Below, one piece after another: positions 30,372-40,342 of a DNA stretch of 64,000 bases. The translations under genes were made by a program, and so were the position numbers. The notes beneath the pieces are model-generated. The model searched no databases and was not told where the DNA came from. It saw only the letters and a program-made list of their open reading frames with translations. Each line of letters opens with the position of its first letter. The first letter of the stretch is position 1. Location of the stretch: contig OZ242214.1 in NCBI GenBank assembly GCA_965206595.1, forward strand, positions 5,920,001-5,984,000, read 5' to 3'. Origin of the DNA: Candidatus Latescibacterota bacterium (GTDB taxonomy: Bacteria > Latescibacterota > UBA2968 > UBA8231).

Positions 30372-31436
30372 ATGACAGAACCCAGGAAAACGGTCGAGAC
30401 CGCCGCCGCCATCGACGACGGATCCACGACGCGCGCCGCCAAAGGCGAGTGGGCTCCTCGAATTCTGGGGAAAGCACAGCCTTTCGTCTGGCCGATCCAG
30501 CCCAAAAAGCTCCTCCAGTTTCTGCTCGGTTTCCCCGGTTTCCTTTGGCCGTTCGGCGCCGTCGCCTTCTACGGCCTCGCGGCCGTAACGTGGCACTATC
30601 TCCAGCCGGGGGCCGACGAGTTGAGCAACTTCAGCGAGCTGCGCGCCTCCTGGATCCTGCCGATGTTCGCCCGCAACGTCGCCTTGCTGGTGTTCGTCGC
30701 CGGCTCTCTGCACCTGATCCTCTACTGGCGCCGCGTCCAGGGGACCCGCTTCAAATACAATTCGCGGTGGCCCAGCACCAACAGCAAAGCGTTCCTGTTC
30801 AACGACCAGGTCAAGGACAACATTTTCTGGAGCGTCGTCAGCGGCGGTACGGTCTGGACCCTGTACGAAGTGCTCATGTTGTGGGCGTATGGCAACGGCT
30901 GGGCGCCTTACATTTCGTGGCGGGACAACCCCGTCTGGTTCATCGCGCTGGCCGCGGCTCTTCCGTTCTGGCAGGACCTGCACTTCTACGTCATACACCG
31001 CATTTCGCACTGGAAACCGCTCTACAAGTGCTCCCACTACCTGCATCACCGCAACACGAACGTGGGGCCTTGGTCCGGCCTGTCGATGCACCCGATCGAG
31101 CACCTGCTCTATTTCACCCGCTGGATCATCCTGTTCCTGGTGCCGTCGCACCCGATCCACATGCTCTTCCTGATGCAGCGTCCGGCGCTCAACCCCGCCC
31201 TGGGTCACACTGGCTTCGACAGGATCGTCCTGAAAGAGGAGAGCGAGGGCATGTCCATCGACTCCTATTTCCACTACCTGCACCACCGCTACTTCGAGTG
31301 CAATTACGGCACCGTCACGGTGCCTTTTGACCGCTGGTTCCGTTCGCTGCACGACGGCTCTCCAGAGTCGTACGAGCGCATGCGACGCAAGCAGCGGGTC
31401 CCGGAAAAAACGGACGCAGAGGCGGTCAGCGCGTAA
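30372..31436 (+). CDS. Sterol desaturase/fatty acid hydroxylase family
   Basis: His boxes HFYVIHRISH, HYLHH, GHTG, HYLHH; hydrophobic segments. Confidence 0.88.
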   Translation: MTEPRKTVETAAAIDDGSTTRAAKGEWAPRILGKAQPFVWPIQPKKLLQFLLGFPGFLWPFGAVAFYGLAAVTWHYLQPGADELSNFSELRASWILPMFARNVALLVFVAGSLHLILYWRRVQGTRFKYNSRWPSTNSKAFLFNDQVKDNIFWSVVSGGTVWTLYEVLMLWAYGNGWAPYISWRDNPVWFIALAAALPFWQDLHFYVIHRISHWKPLYKCSHYLHHRNTNVGPWSGLSMHPIEHLLYFTRWIILFLVPSHPIHMLFLMQRPALNPALGHTGFDRIVLKEESEGMSIDSYFHYLHHRYFECNYGTVTVPFDRWFRSLHDGSPESYERMRRKQRVPEKTDAEAVSA

Positions 31437-31654
31437 GGGAGCCCTGCTCCCGGGTCCGCTGCGACGACGCTGCGTCTGACCTTCTCCTCTGCCCTGGCCG
31501 AACCACCCCTCGACTTATCTGCATACGCCGTCCGATCGGTATGTTTTCGCGCCGCGATCGGATGGATGCCTCTACCAGTGCCGCTGATCCTGTCGGTGGC
31601 CGCTCAGCAGACGCGGTCTTTCGACGCGCCCCAGCGAGCGAAATCACCAACGCC

Positions 31655-31690
31655 TTGATGTCCTGACGTTATAACGCTACGTTCATCGTT
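31655..31690 (+). promoter_or_regulatory. TA promoter/operator (probably leaderless)
   Basis: TTGATG-17-TACGTT ending 7 nt before ATG; palindrome CGTTATAACG in the spacer. Confidence 0.6.
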
Positions 31691-31924
31691 ATGACGGATA
31701 CTACGAAGAGAAGCACGGTGTATTTCGATCGATTGATTCACCGGGCGCTGCGGTTGAAGGCGGCTGAAACGGATCGGTCGATTTCTGATCTGGTCAACGA
31801 CGCCGTGCGCCTGTCACTGGCGGAAGATGCAGAGGATCTGGCGGCATTCGAAGATCGTGCTGCGGAGACCGATCTCGCATTCGAGGATGTGCTGAAGTCT
31901 CTGAAGCGCAGTGGCAAGATATAA
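31691..31924 (+). CDS. CopG/RHH-type antitoxin
   Basis: RSTVYF...LRLKAAETDRSISDLVNDAV...EDAEDL. Confidence 0.8.
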   Translation: MTDTTKRSTVYFDRLIHRALRLKAAETDRSISDLVNDAVRLSLAEDAEDLAAFEDRAAETDLAFEDVLKSLKRSGKI

Positions 31925-32171
31925 CCTTCGGATCAAGCCCTCTGCGGTCCGAGAAATTGAGGCGATCCCCCTGAAAAGGGTGCGTCAGCGGATCGTCCAG
32001 CGAATCCGCTCATTAGCCGATGACCCGCGCCCTGCGGGTTGTGAAAAACTATCTGGCAAGGAGCGTTACCGGGTCCGGCAGGGTCAGTATCGCATCGTCT
32101 ACTCGATCGATGATCGAGAGCTTGTCATCTACGTCGTAAAGGCAGGTCACCGTTCGAGTCTCTACCGGTAA
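31911..32171 (+). CDS. RelE/ParE family toxin
   Basis: PRPAGCEKLSG, YRVRQGQYRIVYSIDD, GHR; overlaps antitoxin. Confidence 0.9.
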   Translation: MARYNLRIKPSAVREIEAIPLKRVRQRIVQRIRSLADDPRPAGCEKLSGKERYRVRQGQYRIVYSIDDRELVIYVVKAGHRSSLYR

Positions 32172-32316
32172 CCGGAAAGCTCCTTCCCGCCGGGTGAGTC
32201 ACCTCACCTTTTTTCCGCCGGCGATGGCATCGCCTGCTTCAGCAAACGGTCCATGAAGTTCGTGAAGCAGATAAGCCCACCGGAAACAGGGCACTCAACT
32301 GGGGCGACTCCGCGCC

Positions 32317-33744
32317 ATGACGGACATCCTTCATACTACCGGATTCACTGAGGCCAGCGCCGCCTGGGATCTCTCTCCAGGGGCGATGCGGGGTGTCGAC
32401 GTCGGTCCCGATGGCGCGGTGCTGTCACCGCCCGAGGGGGAAACCGCCTCGCTGCCGGGCAGCGGCGTGCACACCCGAAATGGCGACAGCATCGAGGTGC
32501 GTTTCCGCGTGCTGGAGGGAAGCGGCTGGCTGCGTTTCGGGTTCGACGCGGAGCTGCACGAGCACGCCCGTGTCGAAGTCTGTATGAAGACGGGAACGGT
32601 TTCGCTGTTCACGAGCGATTGGCGGCGCGAGCAGCCGGTTGCCGCGGTTCGAGGGGAGGTGGCAGCGGATCGATCGCACCACCTCCTCATCGAGAAGACG
32701 GAGGGCGCGGGGGCACTGATCAAGAACGCCCATGTGACCGTCTATCTGGACGGGGCGCGGATCCTGCACCTCGAGAACCTGGACCTGCTGCCGGAAATGG
32801 GTGTGCTCGTGGAAGCGAGCGGGGCCCGGGTTCTCGTCGAGGAGTTCGTGCACCGGGGCCGGCCATCGGAGATACCGGAATACCTGCATCTGGGCGGCTG
32901 CCAGGTGCTCAACGTCGACAACATCGAAGAGAACCTGGCGTCGATTTGCCGCGGGCTGGAAATGGCTGCCGAGGCCGGCGTCGAGCTGCTGGTTACGCCG
33001 GAGATGTCTCTTACTGGACTGTATCCCACGAGTCCACGCACGCGGGAACCAGAGCCGGTAGCCGCCGCCGAAGCGCAGCTGCGGCAGTTCATCCGCGAGC
33101 TGCCGGACGCCCCGCACGTCATTGTCGGTCTGCCGGTCTGGGAAGCGGTGACGGAGCACGATCTGCCAGAGACGAGGTACATCGCCTCACGCGTGTACGA
33201 TCCCGACGGCGAGGTTCTGTACACAGCGCGCAAAGTCCATTCGGCGGAACAGGAGATGTGGCACGGGTACCGGCTCAACGAGTTCGACATCCAGGGCGTG
33301 CCCGTTTCGCTCTACATCTGCCACGATAACCGCTATCCGGAGCTACAGACCCTGCCGGTGATGTTCGGGGCTCGCCTCCTCCTGCATCCCTCGAATGGCG
33401 GTGTCGTCAGTGGCACCATCAGCGCGTTCGAGGCGAGCGCCAGGGCAGCGAGCAGACAGACACACGCCTTTCACATGCACGTGAATGCCGGCGGCGGCAG
33501 CTATATCGTCGGTCCGGAACGGGAGGCGGAGCTGCTGGCTGCGAGTGAAGAATCGCGGAGCGACAACCCCGGTAGCCCGACAGTTGGAGAGCCGGCAGAG
33601 TGCTTCTTCCACGCCAACGTGCGCATCCACGACGCCTTCGGATACTGGCCGACACGCGCCCTCCGTGCCTCCGAGTCCATCGCGCGCGCGTACGCGGACC
33701 TGTACCGGGAGATTGGCGGCATGAGGCAGATACCGCCATGCTGA
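32317..33744 (+). CDS. Carbon-nitrogen hydrolase (nitrilase superfamily) with beta-rich N-terminal domain
   Basis: TPEMS, RKVH, ICHD catalytic E-K-C triad. Confidence 0.8.
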   Translation: MTDILHTTGFTEASAAWDLSPGAMRGVDVGPDGAVLSPPEGETASLPGSGVHTRNGDSIEVRFRVLEGSGWLRFGFDAELHEHARVEVCMKTGTVSLFTSDWRREQPVAAVRGEVAADRSHHLLIEKTEGAGALIKNAHVTVYLDGARILHLENLDLLPEMGVLVEASGARVLVEEFVHRGRPSEIPEYLHLGGCQVLNVDNIEENLASICRGLEMAAEAGVELLVTPEMSLTGLYPTSPRTREPEPVAAAEAQLRQFIRELPDAPHVIVGLPVWEAVTEHDLPETRYIASRVYDPDGEVLYTARKVHSAEQEMWHGYRLNEFDIQGVPVSLYICHDNRYPELQTLPVMFGARLLLHPSNGGVVSGTISAFEASARAASRQTHAFHMHVNAGGGSYIVGPEREAELLAASEESRSDNPGSPTVGEPAECFFHANVRIHDAFGYWPTRALRASESIARAYADLYREIGGMRQIPPC

Positions 33745-33814
33745 CAAACAGCGACAAGGCGAAACCAATCGGGCGGCAGGAGGAGAGAACGGCACAGCTC
33801 GGTGGTTCAGCGAC

Positions 33815-34070
33815 TCACTCCCGCTCGAACTTACCGGAGCCGTGAAGTTCGCCGCGAGGCGCCAGTCTGGCTGCTACCCCAACTGCGCAAGACCTGCCCG
33901 GTCGTCGAAGTCGTCGATGGCGCTGTTGACGCGAATCCGCTTCCAGTCCTTGCCCTGCCGTTCCTCGACGTAGCTGATCGGAATCGACATTTCGTAAACA
34001 TGGCCCTGCTGCTAGGAATGCCAATGCGCTCGACGCCGAGCGAATCCTACTCGGCCTGCCAGTACATCGT
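33815..34070 (-). pseudogene. Decayed 3' gene remnant
   Basis: GHVYEMSIPISYVEERQGKDWKRIRVNSAIDDFDD...*QPDWR with in-frame stops and coding-like codon usage. Confidence 0.35.
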
Positions 34071-34232
34071 CATGTCTCGAGCTATTCGTTGAGGCTGGTA
34101 GTGATAAAATTGCAGGTATCCGTGGATCGGAGTATAGTGAAGGTCTTCGCCCAAATTTTCCCAATGAGCAAGGTCCCGCAGCAGTTTCGGTTTATGGATG
34201 TGGAATCATAAAGGAGGAAGATTCCTTATTTT

Positions 34233-34884
34233 ATGGCCGCTAATATAGAGCATGAAGCAGTGAAGAGATTTCAGCCTCGTTACGAGAGTATGAAGATATG
34301 GCGCTATATTGATCCGCCGAAATTGATCGACTTATTGGAGACGCGAAGTCTCCATTTTGCACGAGCCGAAACACTAGGAGATCCCTTCGAAGGAACATTG
34401 ACAAAGCTCAATATTGCGGCTAGAGAACAGCAGATTCAAGAAATCAAGTCTACGTTAGAGGTAAAGCAGACAGAAGAGGAATTACGACAGCAATTCAAGT
34501 ATGGAACGATCTTCGGAAGACAAACAATCTATATCAACTGCTGGCACGGTGGGGAAACTGAGAGTGGTGCGATGTGGCGGCTATACGGAACAACGGAAGG
34601 GTCCATTGTAATTCAAAGTACTTACAGTAAACTTGCGAATGCGCTTCCAGACGAGGCTTACATGGGGATGGTACAGTACAAGAACTACAGCAACCTAGAA
34701 GATTGGGTTCCTGGTAGCAACCTGTTATCTCGGTTTATACACAAACGCAAAGAGTTCGAATATGAAAAAGAAGTGCGTGCGTTTATTTGGGAGCTTCCAG
34801 ACCGGCACGGCATTAACAACATGCCCAATGGAATCAAGGTTGAGATTGATATCGATAAGGTTGTCGAGACAATTAGAGTTCAAC
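34233..34884 (+). pseudogene. DUF2971-like gene, 5' part, split by composite transposon
   Basis: IWRY, DPFEG, INCWH...ESGAMWRLY, KRKEFEYEKEVR; low GC; frame resumes at 40236. Confidence 0.75.
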
Positions 34885-36264
34885 CTGGACTTTTGCAAAA
34901 GGCAGAATTCCTGAATAATCGGCAAGGATAGAGGGTAGCGCGAATTCGATGGAACTCGGTATTTTTGGTAGGACGAAGGCATCCCCCGCCTTCGTTTCCC
35001 CTGGCCATGTGAGAGGTTGTTCATGCCAGGTATTGTTGATTTTCCCACGGTGGTTGAAGACGCGGTGGCAGAGTTCGGCGGCCTCTTCGCCAACGCCCCG
35101 GAGCGCCGTCACTTTGGCGAGTATCTGACCGGGTTGATGGTGGCCGAACGCAAACATGTATCGGCGATCAACGCCGAGTTCGTCGAGACCACCGATCAGT
35201 CCTGCCTGAACCGCTGGATTACGCAGGTGCGATGGGCACGGGAAATGGCTCAACGAACACCGCCTGGAATGGTTGCAGGAGCGTCCCTCGACGCGCTATT
35301 CGGGGCGCGGAGTGATCGCCATCGACAACACCTTGGTCGGCCACAGCGGAGAAAAGATCGAGGACGTGGGTTGGTTCTGGGATCACTCCGACCAGCGCCA
35401 TAGGATTGCCCACGACTACGTCATCGCCAACTACGTGTGCACCTCGGGGAAATACTATCCGTTGGAATTCCGTCGCTTTCGCAAGCGCCGGGAAGGGGAG
35501 ACGGACACCTCCTTCAAGAGCCATACCGAGCTGTTCAAAGAGCTCGTGGACTGGGTCGTTTTCCGACAGATCCCGGGCGATTTCGCCTTCGACTGCTACT
35601 TCAGCAGTGTCGAGTGTCTCGATCACATCCATAGTCATGAGCGCGGCTACGTAGGAGCCCTGAAGAGCAACCGCAAGGTCGAGTTCAAGGGCGGCCTGAT
35701 GAAGGCCGCCGAAGTGGCTGCGAATATCCCAGCCGAGGATCGCAAACAGGTCAGCATCGGCAAGCGCAAACAATGGTATTTCACCAAAACCCTGAGTCTG
35801 CCCAAGCTCAAGCACCGGGTTCGCCTGGTGATCCTGTGGGATCGCAAGAACGGCAGGGAAGCGGTCAAGTTTCTACTGACCCATCGCGTGCACTGGGAGA
35901 TCAGTCGTATTCTGAATGTTTATCGCAAACGCTGGACGGGCACCGAGACCTTTCATCGGGACGGCAAGCACCATCTGGGCATGGGAGACTGTCAGTTACA
36001 AAAGCGGCGAGGGCCAGACTCGGCATAGGTACCTCGTGATGCTGACGCACAGTCTGCTCATGGCACGGATGCGGCAGGGCCGTGCGCGTGACTGGGCTCA
36101 TAGCGTGCTGACGACCATTGGCGAAGCCTGTCGAGCCGTGTCGCGAGAAACGCTCAGTAAGACCATCTCCTGGGTAGTGGACCAAGCCGCAATAGGGTGG
36201 ACAGAGCAGCGAATTGTCGCACATCTCAAACTTTAGTAAAAAAGCGGAGTTTGCAAAAGTCCAG
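34885..36264 (+). mobile_element. IS701-family element copy 1 (transposase about 35023-36236, two frameshifts)
   Basis: TIR CTGGACTTTTGCAAA / TTTGCAAAAGTCCAG; IAIDNT, FAFDCYF, YRKRWTGTETFHRDGK motifs. Confidence 0.85.
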
Positions 36265-37149
36265 TTCTACTTGGAGGATGACCCCTTCGTGATCCGATTT
36301 CGTGTAAAACCGCAGGTTTGGCTGCCCAAGGAGAAGGCTGTCCCGATTCACGAGGACCACGTTTGGGAGGCTCTTTCATTCACTCAGAGCTACCAAAAGA
36401 ACAGCTCGCATTGGACCGGCAAGATGCGAAACAGCCTTAATCTTCTATCCGAGGAAGATGGTCAGTTCTTGGAAGAGTTGCTGGAACGCCAGAAGATAGG
36501 TGGACACACATACGAATTGGACGAGGACCACTACCGGAAGCTTGTTGGACAGAGAATTCGGCGGGAAGACAAGGTGGTTTCTGTATCCGTACCTCAGGAG
36601 GATGAGTCGGAGGTAGAAGCTCGAGATGAACAGACTATTCGCGAATCCTATCAGATACAGGCACTCCTAGCTCGGATTGGGGAGGCCATGGGATTTACTG
36701 TCTGGCTTCCACCTAGCGATCGCTCCAATATAATTCGGGAGTGGGCGCCAGATGACGGAGTGTTGTTGAATGCACTGCCACTGAATTATGACGAAACTAC
36801 CTTGAAGACAATTGAACAAATTGATGTACTCTGGTTGCGACGTAGATCAATTGTCAGAGCCTTCGAAGTTGAACACTCGACAGCGATCTATTCCGGAATA
36901 CTCCGAATGGCCGACTTGCTGGCGCTTCAGCCAAACATGGACATCCGTCTTCACATTGTTGCCCCGTACGGTCGAAGGGAGAAAGTTCTCCAAGAAATTC
37001 AGCGGCCGGTCTTTTCGTTGCTGGAACGCGCTCCGCTGTCGGAGATCTGTTCTTTTATCTCTTACGATAGCGTGAGAGAGGTATCTGACGAGCAGCACCT
37101 CTCCTATCTGTCGGACGCAGTGCTTGAGGAATATGCAGAGGAAGCCTAA
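36265..37149 (+). pseudogene. 5'-truncated EVE-like/PD-(D/E)xK endonuclease gene (restriction-like)
   Basis: IDVLWL...AFEVEHSTAIYSGILRMADL nuclease-like motif; N-terminus cut at the IS end; EVE assignment is from recall. Confidence 0.6.
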
Positions 37150-37188
37150 GAAACCGGACTGATTGTACCGAGAGGGCAAGCAACGGGC

Positions 37189-37271
37189 ACATAACACGTC
37201 CGTGCCCGGCTTCGGCGCTGAGGCGCCTTCGCGCAACCGTTGCGCGGTTCGGGCACTTTCCGACGTTAGAC
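37189..37271 (+). other. attC-like integron cassette recombination site
   Basis: ACATAAC ... GTTAGAC with internal arms GTGCCCG/CGGGCAC, 40 nt after a stop codon; spacing slightly non-canonical. Confidence 0.55.
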
Positions 37272-37329
37272 GAAAAGGAGCAAGGGCGTAGGGCTCAGGC
37301 CAGTGGATATGGTTTGCGGGACAGGCCAT

Positions 37330-37364
37330 TTGCAATATATCGCACATTGCGATACATTATATGG
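37330..37364 (+). promoter_or_regulatory. higBA promoter/operator (probably leaderless)
   Basis: TTGCAA-17-TACATT, inverted repeat TATCGCA-CAT-TGCGATA, ATG 6 nt after -10. Confidence 0.65.
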
Positions 37365-37652
37365 ATGCACGTAATCTCACGCAAAGCCCTCCGAGCGTTT
37401 TGGGCACAGCATCCCGACAGTGAGGAGCCTCTGAGTCGCTGGTTCAAGATCATGCGGCAGACTCAGTTTAAGAGTTTTGCGGCATTGCGCCACACCTTTC
37501 CTTCGGCCGACAAGGTCGGCGAATTCGTCGTGTTCAACATTGCCGGCAACAAGTACCGCCTGATTGTCTCTATTCACTTCAATCGGGGCAAAGCATACAT
37601 CCGTCATGTGCTTACACACCAAGCCTACGACCGTGGAGGATGGAGGATATGA
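37365..37652 (+). CDS. higB: HigB-family toxin
   Basis: MHVISRKAL...FPSADKVG...VFNIAGNKYRLI...LTHQAYD. Confidence 0.9.
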   Translation: MHVISRKALRAFWAQHPDSEEPLSRWFKIMRQTQFKSFAALRHTFPSADKVGEFVVFNIAGNKYRLIVSIHFNRGKAYIRHVLTHQAYDRGGWRI

Positions 37653-38047
37653 GTGTCATTACGCCGCAGCTTCAGCGATCCTGGACGCAAGTGAGTGCGT
37701 TACTCAAGATTCAGAACGAGCAGGAGTACGACTTGGCCTTGGAGCGGCTCAACAGCCTGATCGATGAAGTGGGAACGGATGATCGGCATCCGCTTTACTC
37801 TCTGCTCGATACAATGGGCACCGTTGTCCACGCTTGGGAAGAACAACACCATTCCATGCCCAACTTGAAGGGTGCGGATGCACTGCGCTTTCTCATGGAA
37901 GAGCATGAATTGACCCAGTCGGATTTGCCGGAGGTGGGTTCGCAAGGGGTGGTTTCTGAGATTCTGAGCGGCAAGCGAGAGCTAAACGTCCGGCAGATAC
38001 GAGCATTGTCCAAGCGATTTGGGGTCTCGGCCTCAGTATTCGTATAG
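37649..38047 (+). CDS. higA: HigA-family antitoxin (HTH)
   Basis: LRFLMEEHELTQSDL...GSQGVVSEILSGKRELN; ATGA overlap with toxin. Confidence 0.9.
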   Translation: MSVITPQLQRSWTQVSALLKIQNEQEYDLALERLNSLIDEVGTDDRHPLYSLLDTMGTVVHAWEEQHHSMPNLKGADALRFLMEEHELTQSDLPEVGSQGVVSEILSGKRELNVRQIRALSKRFGVSASVFV

Positions 38048-38151
38048 GCCAAGGCGTAGGGACATTCTCGCAAATGCCCTTCGTCTAAAATCAGTTAAGC
38101 GCCGACAGAAAGACTTTTTTTAGGCAATTGAATTCACACAAGGGCCACCGC

Positions 38152-38412
38152 ATGCAGCTGCGCGAATTTCAGAAACACCCAGGAACGAGAATAACTGCTA
38201 TCCTTTTCGCCCTCTGGTTTCTTTTCAACCAGGGCAAAATGACCGCTCCTGGATTATTTGGTGGCAAACCCGGGCACATGTTCACCTGTGCAAGTGTGGT
38301 AGACATCGAGGCTGGAATATTCGTTCATGGTGTAATTCTTTTCATTTGTGCTGGAGTAGGCTTTAGCATTTCGAGCATCGCGGGGTGGATTCTGAAGAAA
38401 CTCAAGACCTAG
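38152..38412 (+). CDS. Small membrane protein
   Basis: Two hydrophobic segments, low GC. Confidence 0.5.
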   Translation: MQLREFQKHPGTRITAILFALWFLFNQGKMTAPGLFGGKPGHMFTCASVVDIEAGIFVHGVILFICAGVGFSISSIAGWILKKLKT

Positions 38413-38484
38413 TTTTCGAGCGGAATGTGCTGGAACGTTAAGTGACATGCGCACGATAAGTCTGACCTTGTTTAGAGGTCACGG

Positions 38485-38847
38485 ATGAATCGGAACTTTG
38501 TTGTCTCGATAAACTCGGTCTCGGGAGGAGGGAAAACTGCTCTGGCGACCGCCTTGCATCGCTCACTGCCGCAATCGGCTCTGTTTTGCTTCGACGATTT
38601 CGATGAGTCCAACGTTTATCCAGATGACTTCTATGAGTGGAGTCGTCGTGGGGCCGATATAACGGAATTTGACTGTCCTGGGATGAGAAACGCGGTCGAC
38701 GAAGAAATTCAAAGGGGTAAGGCGAAACAGATAATACTTGATTTTCCGTTTGGACGTCGCCACCCTCGGTTCGCTGACATCATCGATCTCGACGTGTTCA
38801 TCGATACTCCCCTCGACGTAGCTATGGCACGTCGAATTTTGAGAGAC
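38485..38847 (+). pseudogene. 3'-truncated P-loop kinase (uridine kinase-like)
   Basis: SVSGGGKT, IILDFPFG, FIDTPLDVAMARRILRD then IS end. Confidence 0.7.
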
Positions 38848-40229
38848 CTGAACTTTTGCAAACTCCGCTTTTTTACTAAAGTTTGAGATGTGCGACAATT
38901 CGCTGCTCTGTCCACCCTATTGCGGCTTGGTCCACTACCCAGGAGATGGTCTTACTGAGCGTTTCTCGCGACACGGCTCGACAGGCTTCGCCAATGGTCG
39001 TCAGCACGCTATGAGCCCAGTCACGCGCACGGCCCTGCCGCATCCGTGCCATGAGCAGACTGTGCGTCAGCATCACGAGGTACCTATGCCGAGTCTGGCC
39101 CTCGCCGCTTTTGTAACTGACAGTCTCCCATGCCCAGATGGTGCTTGCCGTCCCGATGAAAGGTCTCGGTGCCCGTCCAGCGTTTGCGATAAACATTCAG
39201 AATACGACTGATCTCCCAGTGCACGCGATGGGTCAGTAGAAACTTGACCGCTTCCCTGCCGTTCTTGCGATCCCACAGGATCACCAGGCGAACCCGGTGC
39301 TTGAGCTTGGGCAGACTCAGGGTTTTGGTGAAATACCATTGTTTGCGCTTGCCGATGCTGACCTGTTTGCGATCCTCGGCTGGGATATTCGCAGCCACTT
39401 CGGCGGCCTTCATCAGGCCGCCCTTGAACTCGACCTTGCGGTTGCTCTTCAGGGCTCCTACGTAGCCGCGCTCATGACTATGGATGTGATCGAGACACTC
39501 GACACTGCTGAAGTAGCAGTCGAAGGCGAAATCGCCCGGGATCTGTCGGAAAACGACCCAGTCCACGAGCTCTTTGAACAGCTCGGTATGGCTCTTGAAG
39601 GAGGTGTCCGTCTCCCCTTCCCGGCGCTTGCGAAAGCGACGGAATTCCAACGGATAGTATTTCCCCGAGGTGCACACGTAGTTGGCGATGACGTAGTCGT
39701 GGGCAATCCTATGGCGCTGGTCGGAGTGATCCCAGAACCAACCCACGTCCTCGATCTTTTCTCCGCTGTGGCCGACCAAGGTGTTGTCGATGGCGATCAC
39801 TCCGCGCCCCGAATAGCGCGTCGAGGGACGCTCCTGCAACCATTCCAGGCGGTGTTCGTTGAGCCATTTCCCGTGCCCATCGCACCTGCGTAATCCAGCG
39901 GTTCAGGCAGGACTGATCGGTGGTCTCGACGAACTCGGCGTTGATCGCCGATACATGTTTGCGTTCGGCCACCATCAACCCGGTCAGATACTCCGCAAAG
40001 TGACGGCGCTCCGGGGCGTTGGCGAAGAGGCCGCCGAACTCTGCCACCGCGTCTTCAACCACCGTGGGAAAGTCAACAATACCTGGCATGAACAACCTCT
40101 CTCATGGCCAGGGGAAACGAAGGCGGGGGATGCCTTCGTTCTACCAAACATACCAAGTTCCATCGAATTCGCGCTACCTTCTATCCTTGACCGATTATCC
40201 CAGGAATTCTGCCTTTTGCAAAAGTCCAG
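38848..40229 (-). mobile_element. IS701-family element copy 2 (inverted, near-identical to copy 1)
   Basis: Reverse complement of 34885-36264 with the same ORF fragments; differences mostly near the outer end. Confidence 0.88.
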
Positions 40230-40235
40230 TTCAAC

Positions 40236-40342
40236 CGACAACACCGCCTTGGGTAAAGGGCGCGATTGAACTGTTACTGGAAAGATATAGTTTGAAAGTT
40301 AAGGTGATGCCATCCCAGATTGACCTTGATCCCATGTACTAA
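40236..40342 (+). pseudogene. DUF2971-like gene, 3' part
   Basis: Joined sequence reads IRVQP-TTPPWVKGAIELLLERYSLKVKVMPSQIDLDPMY*. Confidence 0.8.

Larger units (their letters stand above)
34885..40229. mobile_element. Composite transposon bounded by two inverted IS701-like elements
   Basis: TTCAAC duplicated at 34879-34884 and 40230-40235; host gene halves rejoin in frame. Confidence 0.85.

Noticed and set aside
35236-35250. GGGAAAT and AAAA (about 36000) as programmed frameshift sites in the IS701-like transposase
   Set aside because: Both need a +1 shift and the heptamer is out of phase for -1 slippage; mutation or error is more likely.
38055-38083. GTAG-type REP-like hairpin after higA
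   Set aside because: Single imperfect copy in the window; no repeat family supported.
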